Program-made: the position numbers and the translations under genes | The notes under the pieces: generated by a model | Seen by the model: the letters and a program-made list of their open reading frames with translations, nothing else | What the model was told of the DNA's origin: nothing | The model's database searches: none | Source of the DNA: an uncultured Methylomirabilota bacterium | GTDB lineage: Bacteria; Methylomirabilota; Methylomirabilia; Methylomirabilales; 2-02-FULL-66-22 | Direction: 5' to 3' | Assembly (NCBI GenBank): GCA_963845565.1 | Contig: CAWJSJ010000002.1 | Location: forward strand, 352,001 to 416,000 | Length of the DNA: 64,000 bases | Part shown: in pieces, positions 58,040-64,000 of the stretch | Numbering within the stretch: position 1 is the stretch's first letter | How the letters are laid out: each line of letters begins with the position of its first letter

Positions 58040-61000
58040 ATGACGGACTGGGACCAGGCCGATGCCCGACTCACGGCGCTCCTCCGCGCCAATCAGGCGG
58101 TCGGGTCCTCGCTGGACCTGACGCGCGTTCTGGAGGCGATCGTCCAGCAGGCCGCCGCGATTTCCGCCGCGCCCATCGTCCGACTGTTCCTCCTGGAGGG
58201 AGAGTCTCAACTCCTTCGCGGCCGGGTGAGCGTGGGCTTCCCGCTGGACGTGGACGGGGGCCTGGCCATTCCGGTGGGCCGCAGCCTCTCCGGGCAGGTG
58301 GCGATCACCGGGGAGCCGCTGGCGGTCGCCGATACGCGGGACGACCCGCGCACCTTTTACCCAGCCCATATCGACCCCTACGGCGTTGTCTCCTACCTGG
58401 GGCTGCCGGTGAAGCGCCCGGGCCGGCTCTTCGGCGTCCTGGTCTTCAATACGCCCGCTCCGCGGAGCTATGCGTCGGACGAGATCGCCTACCTGCGCGC
58501 CTTCGCCGACCAGGCCGCCATCGCCCTGGAGAACGCCCAGCTCTACGACGCGGCCCAGCGCGAGCTGGCCGACCGGGCACGGGTCGAGGCGGCCTTGCAG
58601 CGGTTTCGCCTGGTGGCCGACGAGGCGCGCGACATCATGCTCTTCGTGGGCAAAGACGAGCGGATCGTCGACGCGAACCGGGCCGCCGTGGCGGCCTACG
58701 GCTATGCCCGGGAGCACTTGCTGACCCTCACCATCCACGATCTCCGGGCGCCCGAGACTCACGCCCTGACCGCCGCCCAGCTGGCCCAGGCGAGAGCCGA
58801 GGGCCTCCTCTTCGAAACCGTGCACCGCCGCCGGGACGGCAGCACCTTCCCGGTGGAGGTGAGCTCCCGCGGCTCGAGCGTGGGCGGGGAGCTCGTGCTC
58901 CTGAGCGTCATCCGGGACATCACGGCCCGCAAGCAGGCGGAGGCCGTTCTCGGCCAGCGGAACCGCCATCTCGAGGCGGTCCGGGCCGTGAGCGAGGAGA
59001 TTACCCGCGAGCTCGACCTCACGCCGCTCCTGCAGCTCATCATTGCGCGGGCCACCCACCTCGTCGGCGCTGCCGCGGAACGGTCTTACTGTGGAGAAGC
59101 GGAGCAGGCCTCGTCGTCCCCGGTGCCTGGCACGGGATGGGGAGTGGCGCCGGGACATGCGCTCCGGCCTAGGGGAGGGGATCGTGGGGAAATCGCCGCA
59201 GACGGCCAGGGTCATCGCCAACGATTACCCAACGCGGCCCTTCGCCATGCTGGCACTCTCGCGCGAATGCAGATCACCGCTGCCATCGGAGAACCGCTCT
59301 TGTACCGGGACCGGCTCATCGGCGTCCTCACGGTCGAGTCAGAGGGAACTCGGGCAGCAGTTTCACCTCGCAGGACCAGGAGCTCCTCCGCCTCTTCGCC
59401 ACGCAGGCCGCGATTGCCATCGAAAACGCGAGGCTCCACGAGGCCGCCGTGCGGCGGGGGGCCGAACTGGAGACGCTCCTCGCCGCGACGCGCTCCGTCA
59501 TGTCCGGCCTGGATCTCCAGACAATCCTGGACCGGATTGTGGCCGAGGCGCACCGCATCTCCGGGGCCCCGCACGTCAAGATCTTGTTGCTCGACCGGCC
59601 CGCCGGCGTCCTCCGCGTCGGCGCGGCCCGCGGGACGGCGCACCGCCCGGGTGAGACGCTCTCCCTCGACCGGGGACTCTCCGCCCACGTGGTCCGATCC
59701 GGCGAGCCCCTGTACGTCGCGCAGTGTGCCGAGGACCCGCGGAACCTCAAGGCCGCACGGGACCGCTCCCTCGGCATGCAGGCTTATCTTGGCTTGCCCA
59801 TCACGCGCGGGACCGAGATCCTGGGGGTGCTCACCTTTAACACCACGACCCCCAAAGCGTTCAGCCCGGCCGAGTTGGCCTACCTCACCTCGTTTGCCGC
59901 TCAGGCGGCCATCGCCATCGAGAACGCCCGCCTCTTCGCGGAGCTGCACGATTCGTACGCGCGCCTGCAGGCGGCCCAGGCGGAGCTCGTCCGCTCCGAG
60001 AAGCTCCGCGGGCTCGGCCAGATGGCGGCGGGGATCGCGCACGATCTGAATAACGTGTTGGCGGCGATCCTGGGTCAGGTGGAGCTGGTCAAGTTGGGCG
60101 ACGTGCCCCTCGACCTCCAGGAGAATCTTCGCACCCTGGAGACCGCTGCCGCCGATGGGGCCCAGGTCGTCCGCCGGCTCCAGGACTTCGCCCGCCAGCG
60201 GGCCAGCTCGCCGCTGGTCGCGCTCGCGCTGCCTCCCGTGGTCCAGGAGGCCCTGGACATCACGGCGCCCCGTTGGAAGGACGACGTCCAGCGCCGGGGC
60301 CACACTATCCAGATCCGCGTTGCCCTGGGCGGGCTGCCGCCGATCTTGGGCCACGCGCCCGAGATCCGCGAGGCGCTCACGAACGTGATCTTCAATGCCG
60401 TGGATGCGATGCCCGAGGGCGGGGCGTTGACCGTCACCGGCACGGCGACCGCGGACGAGGTGTGCCTGCATGTGGCGGACACCGGGGTCGGGATGCCGGA
60501 GGCAGTCCGCCAGAAGGTCTTCGAACCCTTCTTCACCACCAAGGGGGTCAAAGGTACCGGGCTCGGCCTCTCCGTGGTCTACGGGATCATGGAGCGCCAC
60601 GGCGGGCGCGTCACGGTGGCCTCCCGGCCCGGGGAGGGGACCACGATCACCCTGCAGTTTCAGGCGGCGTCCACCACCCCCCCAGGGACGGCCCCGGATC
60701 GCCCGCCCGTCCACCGGCCGGCCCGGCGCATCCTGCTGATAGACGATGAGGCGGCAGTGCGCCATACGATGGCTGCCCTCCTGCGGGCCGGCGGACAGAC
60801 CGTCCAGGTGGCGGAGAGCGGACCCGCCGGGCTCGCGTACCTGGCCGACGCGCTGCCAGACCTCGTGCTGACCGACCTGGGGATGCCGGAGATGTCCGGG
60901 GTGGAGCTCGCCCGACGCGTGAAGGCCGCCCACCCGCGGCTGCCCGTGGTGCTCCTGACGGGCTGGGGGGATACGCCAACGCTGTCGGCGGATGACCGCT

Positions 61001-61098
61001 CAGCCATCGACCGGGTGCTCGGGAAGCCCGTCCGCATGGCGGAGCTCCTCCGGGTGGTGGCCGAGCTGACTGGGACCGAAGAAACAGGAAGCCCCTGA
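58040..61098 (+). CDS. GAF-PAS-GAF-GAF hybrid histidine kinase with receiver, frameshifts near 59080-59350
   Basis: Repeated QAAIA(L/I)EN; PAS RRDGSTFPVEV...RDIT; AHDLNN, NAVDA, FFTTK, TDLGMP. Confidence 0.85.
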
Positions 61099-61123
61099 GC
61101 GCGGCAGATGTGCTTGGCAGTGG

Positions 61124-61228
61124 TTAGGAGCCGTTACGAAATTACTGGTCCATTTTTTTCAATTTCGTTACGGCTCCTTATGCCGTTCCCGAATTTCTCC
61201 GGTCAAGTTATTCTTTAACAACGGCTTA
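61124..61228. repeat. Family-B repeat, copy 3
   Basis: TTA-GGAGCCGTTACGAAAT...AACAACGGC-TTA. Confidence 0.88.
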
Positions 61229-61510
61229 GCGTCGGGGTTGCGGACTCTCTGATCACTCAATCAAGTTAAGGGCGTCACCTAATACGACCCGCCACCGAAT
61301 TGCACGACCGTTGTCTCGTTGCTCGCCGTCGGGGACACGCTCATCCTCCCACCTGTCGCCTGTATCCTCGCAGAGAGTCCGGCTTAGGAGATTCTCATCC
61401 CACTTTCATGGCCCTCTCATCCCCGCACAGTACAGTGCGGGCCAGAGAGTGACGGGCCCCGGACCCGAACACATCTCGCAACCCAACAACTCTTTTCAGG
61501 AGGAACGACA

Positions 61511-61873
61511 ATGAAGACGTTCACATCGCTCATGGCCGGCCTGGCTGCCGTTGCGGTCTTCGCGGGCTCGAGCTTTGCCCAGACCCCGAAGCCGGCGACG
61601 CCGCAGGCAACCCCGGCGCCCGCTCCGGCTGCGCAGGCCCCGGCCAAGCCCGCCGCGGCGAAGGACATCACTGGCGAGTTTGTCTCCATCGACAAGACCG
61701 CCAAGATCGTCATCGTGAAGCACGTCGTGGACCAGAAGGCCTCCCAGATGACGCTTAGCGTGGACGAGGCGATGCTCACCACGCTGGGCCAACTCAAGGC
61801 GGGTGACAAGATCAAGATCACCTACGAAGAGATGGGCGGGAAGTTCATCGCCAAGACGATCGCCAAAGCTTAG
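61511..61873 (+). CDS. Small secreted beta-rich (OB-fold-like) protein with Pro/Ala linker
   Basis: Signal peptide; ITGEFVSID, LKAGDKIKITY; AGGAGG RBS. Confidence 0.8.
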   Translation: MKTFTSLMAGLAAVAVFAGSSFAQTPKPATPQATPAPAPAAQAPAKPAAAKDITGEFVSIDKTAKIVIVKHVVDQKASQMTLSVDEAMLTTLGQLKAGDKIKITYEEMGGKFIAKTIAKA

Positions 61874-61976
61874 GAGCCGTTACGAAATAGCTTGGCCTTC
61901 TTTTGTGATTTCGTTACGGCTCCTTATGCCGTTTCGGGAATTTCTCGGGTCAAGTTATTTTTTTGACAACGGCTGA
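61870..61976. repeat. Family-B repeat, copy 4
   Basis: TTA-GGAGCC...GACAACGGC-TGA; left end overlaps the TAG stop of 61511..61873. Confidence 0.88.
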
Positions 61977-62152
61977 GCACCATCGGTTTGCTCCGCAGGG
62001 CGCCCGGGGTCCGGGCCCCGAGTGCCCTGCGGAACCTCCCTTGCCCCCGCGGGGCGGCCAGCCAGGGGAGGGAGCAGGTCTCCCGCCGCACGGTTCCTGC
62101 CGGAGTGCTCAGCAAGATCGGGAGGCCTCTTCGCATGCGAAAGGAGGACCGC

Positions 62153-62254
62153 ATGTCGTGGTTGTGGGTGGTGTCCCTGGTTGTTGCGGTGGTGCTCGGT
62201 GCGAATCTCGGCATCTTCTTGATGGCACTGATTCAAGTGAGCGACCGAAGCTAG
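62153..62254 (+). CDS. Small single-TM membrane protein (33 aa)
   Basis: AAGGAGG RBS; MSWLWVVSLVVAVVLGANLGIFLMALIQVSDRS. Confidence 0.55.
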   Translation: MSWLWVVSLVVAVVLGANLGIFLMALIQVSDRS

Positions 62255-62294
62255 CCGAAGACCCGAGTGCAATCCGATCGCAAGGAGAGCATTA

Positions 62295-64000
62295 ATGAAC
62301 TGCGCCCCTGGTGTATCGTCGCTCCAACCACCCCCCCCACAACGAGTCTCCCTCACCACACTTTGGGCGCTTCTCCGCCCCTACTGGTTCTCCGAGGAAC
62401 GCTGGGGGGCGCGGGGCCTGCTGGCCCTGGTCGTTGGCCTCAACCTCGCCGGCGTCTTCCTGTCGGTGCTGCTCGCGCTCTGGAATCGGCAGTTCTTTGA
62501 TGCGCTCCAAGGGAAGGACTATTCCGCATTCCTCGCCCTGCTGGTTCGGTTCGGCGGGCTGGCGGCTCTCTACATCCTGGCAGCGGTCTTCGCGCTCTAC
62601 CTCAACCAGCTGCTGCAGATTCGCTGGCGGCGCTGGCTCACCGGACAGTACTGCCGTGACTGGCTCACCGATCGGTCCTACTACCTGCTGCAGCTCGGCC
62701 AGTCGGGCGTCGAGAACCCGGAGCAGCGCATCCAGGACGACATCGGGATCGTCGCCAACCTCAGCCTGGATCTTTTGACCGGCCTGATCAACGCCGTCGC
62801 CACCCTCGGGTCGTTCCTGCTGATGCTGTGGACCCTGTCCGGAGCGCTCCGCCTGCACGTTGCGGGCTATGACCTGGCGATCCCCGGCTATATGGTGTGG
62901 GTGGCCATCCTGTATGCGGCCCTGGGGACGCTTGCCACCCACTTCGTCGGCCGATCGCTGATCGGGATCAACTTCGACCTGCAGCGCTACGACGCCGAGT
63001 TCCGCTTTCGCATGATCCGCATCCGTGAGAACGCCGAGAGCGTCGCGCTCTATGGCGGGGAATCGGATGAGCAGGAACACTTGAAGGCGTCGTTCGGCCA
63101 CATCTGGCGAACCTGGTGGCGCTTGATGAAGGCGCAGAAGCGGCTGACCTTCTTCACGGCCGGATACGGCCAGCTGGCGGTGATCTTCCCGATCCTCGTT
63201 GCAGCGCCGCGCTATTTCTCGGGCGCGATCTCCCTCGGCGGGCTGACGCAGACCTCTCTTGCCTTTGGGCGCGTCCAGTCGTCGCTGAGCTGGTTTGTCG
63301 ACGCGTACCCCCGTATCGCCCAGTGGACGGCGAGCGTCAACCGCCTGATCGGGTTCGGCGAGGCACTGGCCCGCGCCAAAGCGCTTCCGACCTCCGCGGC
63401 GGCGATCCGGATGCGCCCGTCCCCGGTTCCCGATCTGGTCGTCGACGGTCTGAATCTTCGCCTACCCGATGGTCGGAGCATCCTCGACGATGCATCCTTA
63501 CAGATAGACGCCGGGGATCGTGTGTTGGTCAGCGGCCCCTCGGGCTCCGGCAAGAGCACGCTGTTCCGGGCGCTCGCCGGAATCTGGCCGTACGGCGCCG
63601 GGACAGTGGCGTTCCCGGAAGGCCGGCGGGTGTTGTTTCTGCCGCAGCGGCCCTACCTGCCGATCGCTCCCTTGCGCGAGGCGCTCAGCTATCCGGATCG
63701 GCCGGAAGGGCACACCGACGCCGAGCTTCGGCAGGCGCTCATCGACTCCCGGTTGCCGCACCTGCTCGATCGTCTGGACGAGCAGGCCAATTGGTCGCTC
63801 GAACTGTCGGGCGGTGAACAGCAGCGGATCGGCTTCGCGCGGGTCTTCCTGTATCGGCCCGACTGGCTCTTCCTGGACGAGGCCACGTCGGCGCTGGACG
63901 AGGACACCGAGCAGGCGCTCTACGCGCTGGTCCGGAATCGGTTTCCCGGCATCACCCTGATCTCGATTGCCCACCGGGAGGCTGTGGCGAAATACCACCG
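62295..64000 (+). CDS. YddA/ABCD-like fused ABC permease-ATPase, runs off the window end
   Basis: Frame absent from the ORF track: LRPYWFSEERW, WNRQFFDAL, NPEQRIQDD, GPSGSGKST, LPQRPY, LSGGEQQR, LDEATSALD. Confidence 0.9.
   Translation, partial: MNCAPGVSSLQPPPPQRVSLTTLWALLRPYWFSEERWGARGLLALVVGLNLAGVFLSVLLALWNRQFFDALQGKDYSAFLALLVRFGGLAALYILAAVFALYLNQLLQIRWRRWLTGQYCRDWLTDRSYYLLQLGQSGVENPEQRIQDDIGIVANLSLDLLTGLINAVATLGSFLLMLWTLSGALRLHVAGYDLAIPGYMVWVAILYAALGTLATHFVGRSLIGINFDLQRYDAEFRFRMIRIRENAESVALYGGESDEQEHLKASFGHIWRTWWRLMKAQKRLTFFTAGYGQLAVIFPILVAAPRYFSGAISLGGLTQTSLAFGRVQSSLSWFVDAYPRIAQWTASVNRLIGFGEALARAKALPTSAAAIRMRPSPVPDLVVDGLNLRLPDGRSILDDASLQIDAGDRVLVSGPSGSGKSTLFRALAGIWPYGAGTVAFPEGRRVLFLPQRPYLPIAPLREALSYPDRPEGHTDAELRQALIDSRLPHLLDRLDEQANWSLELSGGEQQRIGFARVFLYRPDWLFLDEATSALDEDTEQALYALVRNRFPGITLISIAHREAVAKYH

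Noticed and set aside
39938..61976. Family-B or family-A repeats as a CRISPR array or integron attC sites
   Set aside because: Copies are dispersed, arms are inverted rather than direct repeat-spacer units, and no cas or integrase gene is present.

Overview
High-GC bacterial chromosomal window, densely coding and mostly metabolic. The lineage cannot be fixed from sequence alone. It holds uxuA, cydAB, an AlaX-type editing gene coupled to a liv-type ABC transporter, several SDRs and catabolic enzymes, a Phd/RelE toxin-antitoxin pair, HU, an Rrf2 regulator with qNOR, an Omp85-family barrel, a molybdopterin oxidoreductase, a CusRS-like two-component pair, queF, a YyaL-aldo/keto-reductase fusion, a GMP-synthase B-only gene, an Fe-ADH, a GAF/PAS hybrid kinase and a partial YddA-like ABC fusion. 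The best novel-system candidate is a two-gene module at 49394-54256: a stand-alone metacaspase followed by a 1303-aa clostripain-like + CHAT + alpha/beta-hydrolase (lipase-like) fusion, which may form a protease cascade that releases a lipase effector. Other notable features are two short repeat families (4 copies each, one copy a chimera of both) that mostly sit at stop codons, a 4.8-kb block bounded by a duplicated peptidase 3' end, a REP-transposase remnant, an orphan FlgM-like fragment and several internally deleted genes. Clustered 1-nt frameshifts look like assembly errors. No rRNA, tRNA or CRISPR array was recognised.
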